A stretch of 64,000 bases of DNA, taken from Vitrella brassicaformis CCMP3155. Lineage: Eukaryota; Protista; Chromerida. The DNA is taken from assembly GCA_001179505.1 (NCBI GenBank), contig CDMY01000220.1, forward strand, positions 62,001-126,000. Reading direction: 5' to 3'. Positions 12,401 to 22,818 of the stretch are shown piece after piece; the first letter of the stretch is position 1, and each line of letters begins with the position of its first letter. A model generated the notes under the pieces. It saw only the letters and a list, made by a program, of their open reading frames with translations, was not told the origin of the DNA and did no database searches. The position numbers and the translations under genes are program-made.

Positions 12401-12894
12401 TGAATTAGGTGTCTGACCTTGGTAGGTTGTTGTGGCGCAGAGTTTGTGTGAGAGCGACATGAGCTGTCCGTCGGCCACTGTCCACTGCTGCGATGGGGTG
12501 GCCATGCATGGCTCCAGCAGCACAAGGCAGTCGGCCGCACTCACACCCAAACACCGCGCACCACGACCTGAGAGAGACCACGAGAGAGAACCATAAGTTA
12601 AACACACACACAGATCTGATCCACACGATGGTTGGTTTGGTTTGGTTTGGTTTGGTTTGATTGGCTGACCGACCGACCGTATATCTTTGGAGGCGAGATG
12701 AGGAAGAGGGCATTGTCTGTGTCCTCATACATGGCCGTCTCGCACCTCTCGCCCACCAACACGCCATCGCCAAAGCCGCCAGACTCAGACACCGGTAACG
12801 ACACACACAAACCACCGAGCGACAAGAGAGTCGGCTCTGCTGCACAACATGACAACAGAGTGATGATGATGAGCAGAAGCAACGCAAGCTGCAT
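6420..12894 (-). CDS. Secreted LCCL-domain lectin/adhesive protein of the apicomplexan CCp/LAP family (signal peptide, ricin-B, PA14, 2x LCCL, coiled coil, C-terminal beta-sandwich domains)
   Basis: Signal peptide MQLALLLLIIITLLSCCAA starts at ATG 12894. Ricin-like CLGVSAADCLVLLEPCMATPSQQWTVADGQLMSLSHKLC (~12450-12570). PA14-like GVLAEVFDDVSCHGEP...VRLSGFISAPRDGSWSLVAKGVRGGTLRLSVDG (11200-11920). LCCL cores CPSGCAGAAVNVYGGSDCYSMQSSVCLAAIH (~10620-10750) and CPKHC...VFGLFEYSAPSSVCLAAIHAGVI (~9400-9530). Stop is at 6420-6422. Confidence 0.85.
11455..11754. other. Assembly gap (300 N) inside an intron of the LCCL gene, followed by a poly-G run
   Basis: Run of N directly visible. The PA14 halves lie on either side of it. 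Confidence 0.99.
12633..12660. repeat. (GGTTT)n microsatellite, representative of the many intronic SSRs in the window
   Basis: ggtttggtttggtttggtttggtttg. Similar (CA)n, (CAGA)n, (GATG)n and (GTGCG)n tracts occur in most introns. Confidence 0.9.
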
Positions 12895-13578
12895 TGGTGG
12901 AAAGCTGCAAAGCAAACGCTGCCAGGCAAAGTGAGTGATTGTCTGTTGCGCTGATTGTCTGTTGTTTGTTTGTCTTATACGTACGTATAAGCGATCAACA
13001 CAAGCAATTGAACACAAGCGTATACATAGGTATATGCTTATCGTGGACGTGTGTGAATCTTGACCGTTGGAGGCCGCCTCACATACGCATTACCTCCATT
13101 CATTCATCGAGCACTCAGAATGGATGAGTCCATTCATGAAACGTCAACAGAACTTCACATCAATTCACTTCAAACACTCAGACGCCGGCCCTTTTGGTGG
13201 AAGAGAGGAGAGAAAAGAGGGAGAGGAGAGCGACTGCGACAAAACCCTTGACGTCGACCTGAAACCCTGAAAGAATGCGCGCTAGGCGTGCAGAGGACAA
13301 AGGAAGAGGGAGATTGGGCGGTGGGAAGACGCCTGAGAAGGCCAGCACTTTCAAAAACCAGATCAATGACTCGAGATCATCAAAGAGAAAGACTCTGAGA
13401 GAGTGGAGAGAAAGGCGAGAGAAGAGGACCTCAAAACCTTCGCGCAGATGGACCTCAAAACCCAGCTCAAGACCTACTCAGATCTTCCTCGCTCCAGATC
13501 ATCGCATCCAGCCCCTGCTGATCAGCTCTCGAGTGTCATCTTCTTCTGCGGCATCCGTTATTCAGCTGTTCGCTCAAA

Positions 13579-14524
13579 ATGGACGCCACCAACCTATCTC
13601 GTGCCGTCCTGATCGTCGCCATCGCCTGCATCTTCTCTTTGGCCCTCGCCGCTGACGGCGACGCAACCGTTGGGGGGAGGTCAGTGGGGAGCAGCCTCAT
13701 CCGACGAAGCCTGCAAAGTAAGCTGAGAGAGATAGAATGCGACACAGCATGGCTCATCAGTTGTGTCGTTGTCTGTGTAGGTGTCATAACCCAGGGGCCT
13801 GAGAGGGAGGACGTCCCTCTGTCTCGTCGCGCGTTCCGCGAGCAGTTTGGTAACAGCGACTTCACCTTCGATTTCAATGAGGCTCAAGTATTGACCAACG
13901 GGGAGGGTGGCGGCATCAGAGGAGGTAAGACCGATAATACAGAAAACGCATTCAGGCCCGCACACTTGTGTGTCATCCATGCAGCCACGCCCGTACAGTG
14001 GCCGGCACTCAGTGGTCACGGGTTCAGCCAGACCGTCACGGACATCGCCCCCTGTTCCATCAACACGCCCCACCTGCACCCCCGAGCAACAGAAATGCTT
14101 TACATCACCAAAGGACGGTGAGGAGCAGACACACGCACCATTTCATTCCAAATGTCTTTTTTTCATCGTGTCTTCTTTTGCGTGTCGGGCATCCATCAGG
14201 CTGATTGTTGGCTTTGCGGAGGAGAACGGCGGCCGCATCGTCACGAATGACATCAAGGAGGGCAACAGCGCCTTCTTCCCCCACACCCTCATCCACTGGC
14301 AGTTCAACCCCACATGCGAACCAGCCCAGTTCGTCGGCACGCTCAACAGTGATGACGGCGGAGTGCACACCATCGCACAGGCCCTTTTTGGCCTTCCCAA
14401 TGATGTCCTGGCCACAGCCCTGAATGTCGATGAGTATGATGTTACGCTGCTGCATGATGAGCTGCCGAATGTCCCTGCACTGGGGCTGAAGAGGGACCAG
14501 TGTAGGAGGAAGTGCGGCCTCTAG
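13579..14524 (+). CDS. Secreted germin-like / spherulin-1-like cupin (Mn-binding)
   Basis: Hydrophobic N-terminus (AVLIVAIACIFSLALAA), germin box 1 CSINTPHLHPRATE, box 2 GNSAFFPHTLIHWQFN, and C-terminal ALFGLPNDVLATAL. About 4 exons. Confidence 0.9.
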
Positions 14525-15092
14525 CGAGTGGGTGTGTTGGGTCTGCGTGGGGGGTGTGTTGGAGCGCACGTTGGGTAGTGCCTGTCGTGTGCCTGTCGTG
14601 TGTGGTTTTTTAAGTAGGTTGCCGGTGCCAGTGCTGTGTGCTGCTGTTGGCGTGTTTGCCGTGAAGGTTGAGTAGGTAGCTTTGAGTCTTGTTGATTCTT
14701 TGTCTTTGTGAAACCGAATGCACACCACTGCTTTCTCCACTGCCCGTAGCGAGCTGGGGTGCAGTGCACCGCACCCACCAATGACATTGATTGATACGAT
14801 ACACATCTGAACAATAAATATGTCCTCCCAAGTGTGTCTGTCTGTGCTGCATGCCATGCGTACATGACATACATGGTGTGGACAGTCAATGTCATGGAGA
14901 TGATGCCCCGCACGCACTCAACCCTTGACACAAAACTGCTGAAAAAAGGGCCATCAGCACAATACAATACAGCACGGCACGGCACGGCACCACTATGCAT
15001 GCGAATGACAAGAAATGAATCAGGGAGAGAGAGAGATAGAGAGAGAGAGATAGAGAGAGAGAGAGAAAGGAGAGCAGATGCCTGCATGTCGT

Positions 15093-18000
15093 TCAGCCAG
15101 ATGGGCTGGCGGCCGGGGGGCCGCCAGGTTTGGCTTTAGCAACTGGGGCCAGCAAGGGCGGGGGGGCCTTGGCTGCCTGCACGGGTGGCAGTGTCTGGTC
15201 TTTCTCCTGCGGACGGGGCAGCACCTTGGACACACCCACAGGCTTCGGCGTCACGGACGACCTGATGTGACATACAAGATGAGACATGTACAATCTACGT
15301 TTGTTGTTGGGCACATCTTGTCAAATATCTGGGTACTGACTGACCTTCTGGCCGTTTGCCTCATTCCTTTCTCGATGTCTTCCTCATCCTCCGACGACAT
15401 CATGCCCGACTTGGCCGACACACCGCTGACCGACAGCTTCCGCCTGTCGTCGGCCTCGGCCGCCGCACCCTCACTGGCGTTGCTGATCCGCCGCTTGGAC
15501 GCGTCCTTGTCCTTCGCAGTGCTCTTGCGGGACGACGCAAATGTCAATGTCTCGGGCTTGCCTGATAGATACAAACAAGACACATTGTGCATGTAGTGCT
15601 GCGTTGTGCTTTCTTCCTTGCAGGCAGGCGTACCGGTGCTGTCCGCGAATCTGGCCCTGCCTGGGGTTTTGGCGTCCCCCCTAGGCGGTCCCGGGCTGCT
15701 ATCTTCCTCCTCCCGCTTGGCCCTGGACGGCGCCAGCACCAGGGTCTTCTGCCGCAGCTGGCTGAACCCGGCCGGCTTCTCGTCGCCGCCTATCTGCCGC
15801 TCACTCGCACCCTGCAGCGAATTCCGCTTCCCAACCTGAGATGCCGGGTACTGCGTCACTCGCCGGCTTGATTTCGACGAGGGCGGGTTGATCGCTGTCT
15901 TGGCGCGTACGAGGCCGCCCGAGACACCCGTTTTCAGGCGCTGTAGGCGGGATCGGCGCGCGACCATTCTGTCTCGCGTGGCCTTCTCGCCTCTGAGGTT
16001 GGCTGACACGAGCCAGAAGCCAAAGGCCACGTCCTTGACCTGATAGAGCAGGTACTCCCTGACAGACACACACAGAGGCGAACATAACAAGGGATGATGA
16101 TGTGAGAAAAGACGACATGGCATGTGCGCTCGCACACCAGGTGCTCGCTTCGACTTTCTCCAGATCAGCTTCGCCGAGCTCATTCTCACTGCAAGCCAAG
16201 CAGGTGCGGTGCACAAGAGACACAGGCATGTTCATCCATCCATCCATCTTGATGCGTGTGGGGTGGGCGGGGCGGTGTGTGTCCTCTCTCTCCAATCAGT
16301 CCAGCTGAGCTATCTATGCCTTTCTTTCTGTATACGTAGGTACGTAGGTACGTACATGAAGTAGATGATGTCTGCCCTGCTGTATACCCACGACGGGTTG
16401 GTCCTGTCAATGGTCTGGTCGGGGTACTCCTTCAACGTGTCCCGCAGACACTCACGCAACTGCTTCATCCGCACACTGACCAACGCGTGCAGACAGACAG
16501 ACACACAGACACACAGGGAGGGAGAAGGGGGAGAGGTGACGGTGTCTTAATGAATGAATAAGTCAGGACGCCTGGCCCGCCTGCCTGCCTGCCTACCGAA
16601 TGTATTTGATGTAGACCTCCTCAGGCACTCGAATGAGGTCGCTCCAACCGTTCCTCACTTCGCGATACACATCGTCATGCTCCAACAGCTGCACAGAGGC
16701 ACAGACACACATGCCTTCTATCCTCCCCTCCCTCCCTCTCGCCGTCTCACTTTGTTGAATGAGATGAGGAATCTTTCGAACTCGACAGCCTGGTAGGTGG
16801 AGAGTATGAGTGCCGCCAGGTACCCCAGGTGCAGCTGCACGTAGATCAGCTTCTCCTTCTCCGTGCCCCTCGTCCACACGGTGATGTCGTCGAACACAAA
16901 GAGGAACACCGACGTGAGGATCACCCACACCAGCCGGTACTCTCGGATGATCTGGGGCTTGGTGAAGTCGATCACCACCTCCTTGGGCATCAGACGGTAG
17001 TAGTGCAGCTTCTTGCGGGCGGTGTTCCATCCTGTAGAAGACAGACATGTGAGACAGACACGCGAGTATGGGGGCGGGGCCTTCTTGGTGTGTCGAGTGA
17101 GTTGTGCGACCTTCCATGTATATGAAGATGACTGTGATGAGGAGCAGCAAGAGCAGCGGGAGAGTGTCGAAGAACTTGGGGGCATATAGCGCGCAAATCG
17201 TCAGCGGCACACGAGCTTCCTTTATCGGACCTACACACGAAAGGCACACACACACACACACATACACACACACAGAGATCAAGAGCAAAAGGTACACATG
17301 CAGCCATCCTTTTTCATCCCTTCAACTCACCAACAAACCCGAGTGCCTGGAATCCGACAGCTTTGACGATGGACTCCTTGGCCTTGTAATCCTCGGGCAC
17401 CCACACCGCATCCATGATGTCCTTGAGGCATATCACCGACTCGCCCCACGCCGAACTGCCCTTCGACAACGGACTGGGAGGCTCGCCGTCTTCGTCCTCA
17501 TAGTCAGAATACCGACGGTCAGACCTCTCGCTCTTGAGCGTCTGTGTGCGGTTCTGAAAGGTCGTCCCGCGGCTCTTGCTGCCCACGCTCAGGCTCCCCT
17601 GCGATGCCTGGGAGAGGCTGCCTGTCCGGCCCTTGGGAGAGCTGCCCCTCGACATTTGTGCCGGTGCGCTGGGTCCTTTAGGAATGCTGCCGCCTGGCGG
17701 GACAGGCGACATGTCTCCTCCTCCCGCTGCCTCTCCCCCGGCTCCCTGTTTGTTCATGGTGTACTGCTTCATCATGACCTCCGAGAACCGCACCGACGCT
17801 CCGCCGCCCTTCGGGTCGTCTGCTCCAGTTGGGGTGACAGACTCCTTCCTCGCCCTCCTGCCTGCGGCCACAGCATCGGCAGATTCGGGTGGCACGGCGC
17901 CGGGGAGCGGTGAGGACTGCTGACGCGGTCTGACGTCTCTGTCAGCATTGTCCTTTAGGGGCGAGGGGACGACTGGGTTGGCGCCCTCCATGGCCAGACC

Positions 18001-18156
18001 CTGCTGAGCCTCGACGTCAGCCTGAGGTTGGTCGGGCGGCTGTGCTGCCTTGGCGATGGGGGGGAGAGTGGTTCTGACGGTCTTCTTCTTGGCTGCCGAC
18101 GTCGATGTCGATTTGCCTGTGCTATCGCCGTTCTCTCCTGGCGGAGAAGACTCCAT
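15093..18156 (-). CDS. Uncharacterised multi-pass membrane protein with long disordered N- and C-termini
   Basis: A 280-aa low-complexity first exon (17314-18156) is followed by exons with hydrophobic segments LPLLLLLLITVIFIYMEG, LVWVILTSVFLFVF and LHLGYLAALILSTY. GT-AG junctions are coherent. No family recognised. Confidence 0.65.
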
Positions 18157-18488
18157 ACAGCGGTCCAGCTGATCCTCAGCGTCAGCTGCTGGGATGAGAG
18201 GCAGGGACAGTCACCGTGCCTGAGTGAAGCACACAGAAGCACAAGGAGGGCCAGCACATAGATGAAATGCGGCCAGGCCCTGCCAGCGCACCTTGCGTGA
18301 ACTCCCCTCTCGTGATGTGATGCGTTCTTTGTGAGGGCCTGGTGGGGGCCGCGGAGAAAGGGCGCGAATCCCCTCGAAACGATCCAACCTCGCGAGAGTC
18401 TGTTGTTTGTCTGTTCTGTTCGGAGGCAGCCTGTTTGCTCTGTTCTTCTCCAGGACCTGCATCTCTTGTCTGTGGAGCGGTGAGCGTT

Positions 18489-20067
18489 ATGGCTTCAGAG
18501 CCGCTGATCGTGGACCTTGACTCTGAGAAGCGCGTCGAGAGCGAAGCAGACATAGCAGACACCCAGACGGGCGGCAACGGGGAGGAAGAGTCGCCCAAGG
18601 AGGCGGCCTCGCCTGCACATGGCCAAGACGCCTCTGGCAACGCTGCCGAGGCCGTCAACGGCACCGAGAGCGAGGCGCCCTCTGCTGGTGGAGAGAAGGA
18701 GAATGAGAATGACGCCGAGGATGACCAGCAGGACAAGCACCTGACTGAGAAGGAGCAGGGCAATAAGGTCGGAAGCCACGGACTGCATTGCACTGCATCA
18801 AAGCTGATACGCACAAGACACTGTACTCGTTATGCAGGCGTATCGTGATGGTGAGTATGTGACGGCGCTGACCCACTGGGAGCGATCGCTGCGCAGCTGC
18901 CGGTACATCTTGGCGAAGAAGATGCTCGAAGAGGCGGGGCAGAAGGAGATACGGGAGCTTGAGAAGACACTCAACCTCAATATGGCCATCGGAAACATCA
19001 AAACCAAGGCAAGCAAGACGGATACATGGATGGACAGCAGACAAGGCGGCCCTGTGGAGTGAGTGGATGGATGCATGCGTGTGTGGATGGATGGATGTGC
19101 ACCCTCAGAACTACCACGAGGCGATCGACTACTGTGACCGTGTGTTGGAGGTCGACCCGGCTAACGTCAAGGCGCTCTTCCGGAAAGCTGACGCACTCGT
19201 AACTACCCCAACACGCACACCAAGACATGCAATCAGCTCAACCACCTGCAGCACGGCCTGTGTGTGCACTGACTGCATATGCCAGTATCAGCTGACGGAC
19301 TACCAGGAGGCGATAGACATCCTCGACGCCCTGCTGCTGGTGGACACGGGCAACCCGGCGGGCAAGCAGCTCAAGCTCAAGATACAACACGACCAGGCCA
19401 AATACCGCACCGCACAAAAGAAAATGGTTAGCTACGTCAACCAACTTCCACTTCACTCAGTTCGACGCACGTGTGCTGCTCTGCTGTGTGGTGTGCACAC
19501 AGGGTCGGGCTGTCGTGTCTGGGCTCGGCAGCGACCCACGATCAGTGACGCCAGGTGGGCTGTCAACTAAGCAACGGCCACACACACATGTGTCGGCCAA
19601 TGCCGCGTGTTTCCGTGTCTGTGTGTGTGGCAGGCACGCTGGCGTGGTATTGGCGTGAGTTGAAGAGTTTCCCCGGCAAGACCCTCTCCTACATCACATA
19701 CCTCACTCTCAAGGGCAACCTGCTCGCTCAGCTGCAGAAGATCCCGGCGGCCGTCGCATCTCTGTGCAGCAAGAGGGCGCCACAGGCACCCACACACACG
19801 CCAGCCAGCGGCAGGAAGGCCCCCCACGCGTCGTTCATCCCGCCCCCTCCATTCTCCCCCTCCGCGTCGCCATCGCTTGTATCGCGGTCCCCGAAGAACA
19901 AGGAGATGTCGCCGTCGATCGGCAGCGTCAGCACGGACCTGCCCCCGCCAGCCTCGACCAGCAGCATGAGGGATTATGAGGATGCGGACATCGACGACGG
20001 GAGGGGGCTGGGGATCGGCAGGCGGAACAACAAAGGGCGGCAGGCGGACAGGTCGGCAGGCTGGTAG
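18489..20067 (+). CDS. TPR protein resembling the TPR (Hsp90/Hsp70 co-chaperone) region of FKBP immunophilins, with no PPIase domain
   Basis: KEQGNKAYRDGEYVTALTHWERSL...LNLNMAIGNIKTKNYHEAIDYCDRVLEVDPANVKALFRKADAL...LTDYQEAIDILDALLLVDTGN forms three TPRs. The N-terminus is acidic and disordered. Confidence 0.85.
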
Positions 20068-21072
20068 GAGTGCAGTGCAGTGCCATCGAAGTAATTCATA
20101 CATCAATGGATGGAGAGAGGGGGGGGAGCAAGGACAGGTGTGTGTGAGGGTTCTGTTTTGATTATGTGTGTGGTGTGGTGTGCTGTGGTGTGGTGAGCAG
20201 CGGCTTTGCGTGTTGTGCTTGGGTGTGGTGTATGACACCCGCTGGGCTGCTTTCGCAGCAGATGATGTAGATGTATGTATGATGGTCTCTCCGACATGGT
20301 ATAGTGAGAGGCCGTCACCCGACGTCACATCGTTTGCCGGAGGCGGACCGACCTACATGAATGTCATACATACACACGCACCACGACACGCTTGCATTGA
20401 CTGATTGACTCCATGGAATACATGTGTTTGTGTATACGGATGGATGGATGGATTATTGCACGGCGACTGACTTGGTGCGACTAGTGAGTGAATCAATGAG
20501 TGGACAGTTCCAACCAACATTGCAAACAAACGAGGCGTTCGTTCGTTCGTCAACATGCACCGAAGCCCCTGCCCCTGAGGGCAGATGGTGTGTCCGATCA
20601 CTGCGTCTGTAAGCCTAATGTGGCTAGCCCTCAGACGAAAAATCGGCCATTGCTCGTCCTCAAAGAGAAAAGCAAGACACCTTTCCAGCCAGCCAGACGG
20701 CAGAGCACAGCCAGACAGCAGGAGAGAGAGAGGAGAGGCCAGAAGGGCAACAAAGCAGGCAGGCCAGCCTCAGGCGCAGACAGAACGGGCAGGCAAATAT
20801 TTAAGCAAATAAATAAGGCATGGCATGCAGGCGATCTATAATGAGGTCAATAAGACAAAACGGTCCCCTCCGCTTAGAGACTGGTATCAAACAAACCAAG
20901 CATCACTCACTGCCGTGGTACGGCTACCGCCTACAACACAACACATTTGGGTGGGTGGATACACACACACATACAGCCATAGGTATCGACACACTCTCTC
21001 TCTCGGTAGGCTCTATCTACCAAATACACACACTACATGCTATGGACTACAGCACACGGCACTGTGCATGCC

Positions 21073-21342
21073 CTAGGCAACGGGGGCATCGTTGGTTCGG
21101 TTGATGGCGTCGTGGCTCGTAACCACCACATCGCCGCCCATGAACTTGGAGATCCACCGCAGACCGTCCTTGTGACCCTGCCAAGGCACAGGCATCAACG
21201 AAGGCAACAGACACCACATCAAAATGCCTGCCTGCATGGATTTTCGCGGTGTCTATCGGTGCGTGTGTGTGTTTTTTTTTATGTCTACCTGCGCGCCCTC
21301 AATTGAGCTGACCGCATCTTCGATCACACGCACGCTGTTGCC

Positions 21343-21374
<32 letters not shown>

Positions 21375-22143
21375 TCATTTCCCTGTCTGTGCCTGTTCGG
21401 CCGGGCCGTGCGTACGTGTATTGCTGGTAGAAGGCATCAAGGGCGGTTGCGAAGACGCAGTAGTTGGTGTTGATGCCCGTCATGAAGACCTCCTGGATGC
21501 GGTGCTCCTTCAACACATCAGACAAACGCGATGGGGAGGTGAAACCTGACACGGAAAATGGCGCAACACGCATCGCATTCCCTCCCTCCCTCTCTGTGAT
21601 CGAATTCATTGGATGCCCTGCACACCCCACCCGAGTAGTTCCATTTGTGCACGAAGACCATGTTCTTGTCACGGAGCTCAGGGATCAGTTCCGCGCCCTT
21701 GGTGCTCGCCCTACCCTGACGCACACACACACACGCACACTCACACACGGACTGGCCATCGTATCGTCTGTTTGTCCAGGGTGCGGTGCATGGGTGCCCA
21801 CCACAGTCGGATAAAGTGTCGGCAGGGAGCTCTTGGATGGGTCAGTGATCCACAGCCTGACGTGCACGCGCAACGCAACACACATGCAGCTCAGCTGGGT
21901 GCGGTGCGGTGCGGTGCGGTGCGGTGCGGTGCGGCCGCCCACTCACCTGCTGTCGACACAAAGGTCAAAGGCGTTGCTGTCGATGAGCCGGCCTATCGTA
22001 TCGATGACCTGCTGCTTCCGATACGACAGATCTCCCACCTACGGGGGCAACAAACACACACACCCGCATGAACTACCTGTGCGTCTGTGTGTTACCTGTT
22101 CCACACTCATGTCAATGACCACCAGAGCACTCCTTCGCGCCAT
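21073..22143 (-). CDS. Isochorismatase/nicotinamidase-family cysteine hydrolase
   Basis: ALVVIDMS (catalytic Asp), GAELIPEL...FVHKWNYS (Lys), RIQEVFMTGINTNYCVFATALDAF (Cys), and VRVIEDAVSS. Confidence 0.9.
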
Positions 22144-22818
22144 GGATAATGAGGGAACCAAGCTGCAGGCAGACACACAGACACACAATGGGTGGGTGCA
22201 GGTGATACGCTGGTGCCCTTCGCTGCCCGCATCCCACCTAGCAATGATCAGAAGAGCATATGCAGCGATGGACGGACCCTCCAGCATGTATATAGCTATT
22301 TGGAAGGACTGAGAACCTGAGGCACACACACAGCAAAACGGAGATCATGATGAATCGAAAGCGTCGGCTGTCCTGGCATTCCCCACCCCTCCCACACACC
22401 AGCCGCCCAGCGAGGGGAGTGGAGAGGAGAGTGATCTGCGACACACGGCTCCTGGCCCAAGGGGCGGATTCCTTATTCAGCCGGAGTGCGACAGCACGGC
22501 AGCTGGGGGACCCTGGTAGGAATACCTATCGCCTCGTAAGTGTTAGGGTGGGCCGAACAAAACATCCAAGGCGACTGGGGCATGTGCTTGTCCGTGAGGC
22601 TGTGTGTGGTTTTGTCTGGGCGACTTCAGTGATTTAGGCAGGCAGGCAGTCAGGCACGCTCCTGACGGACGGACTGATACCAAGGAAACCTCACATTGAT
22701 GATTATGATATTGAGCAAAGCCGCGAGTGATTAGACAGATCAAGATAAAGCCATGACGGACGGACGGATGGAGGGAAGTCGCAGGTAATGCCTCACTGCA
22801 CTGCAGGCCAGGCAGGCA

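Noticed and set aside
13200-13500. Short ORFs with repeated DLKT/DLKP (ggacctcaaaacc x2) upstream of the germin gene
   Set aside because: They are purine-rich low-complexity sequence with no coherent splice chain or recognisable domain, and are likely promoter/UTR.
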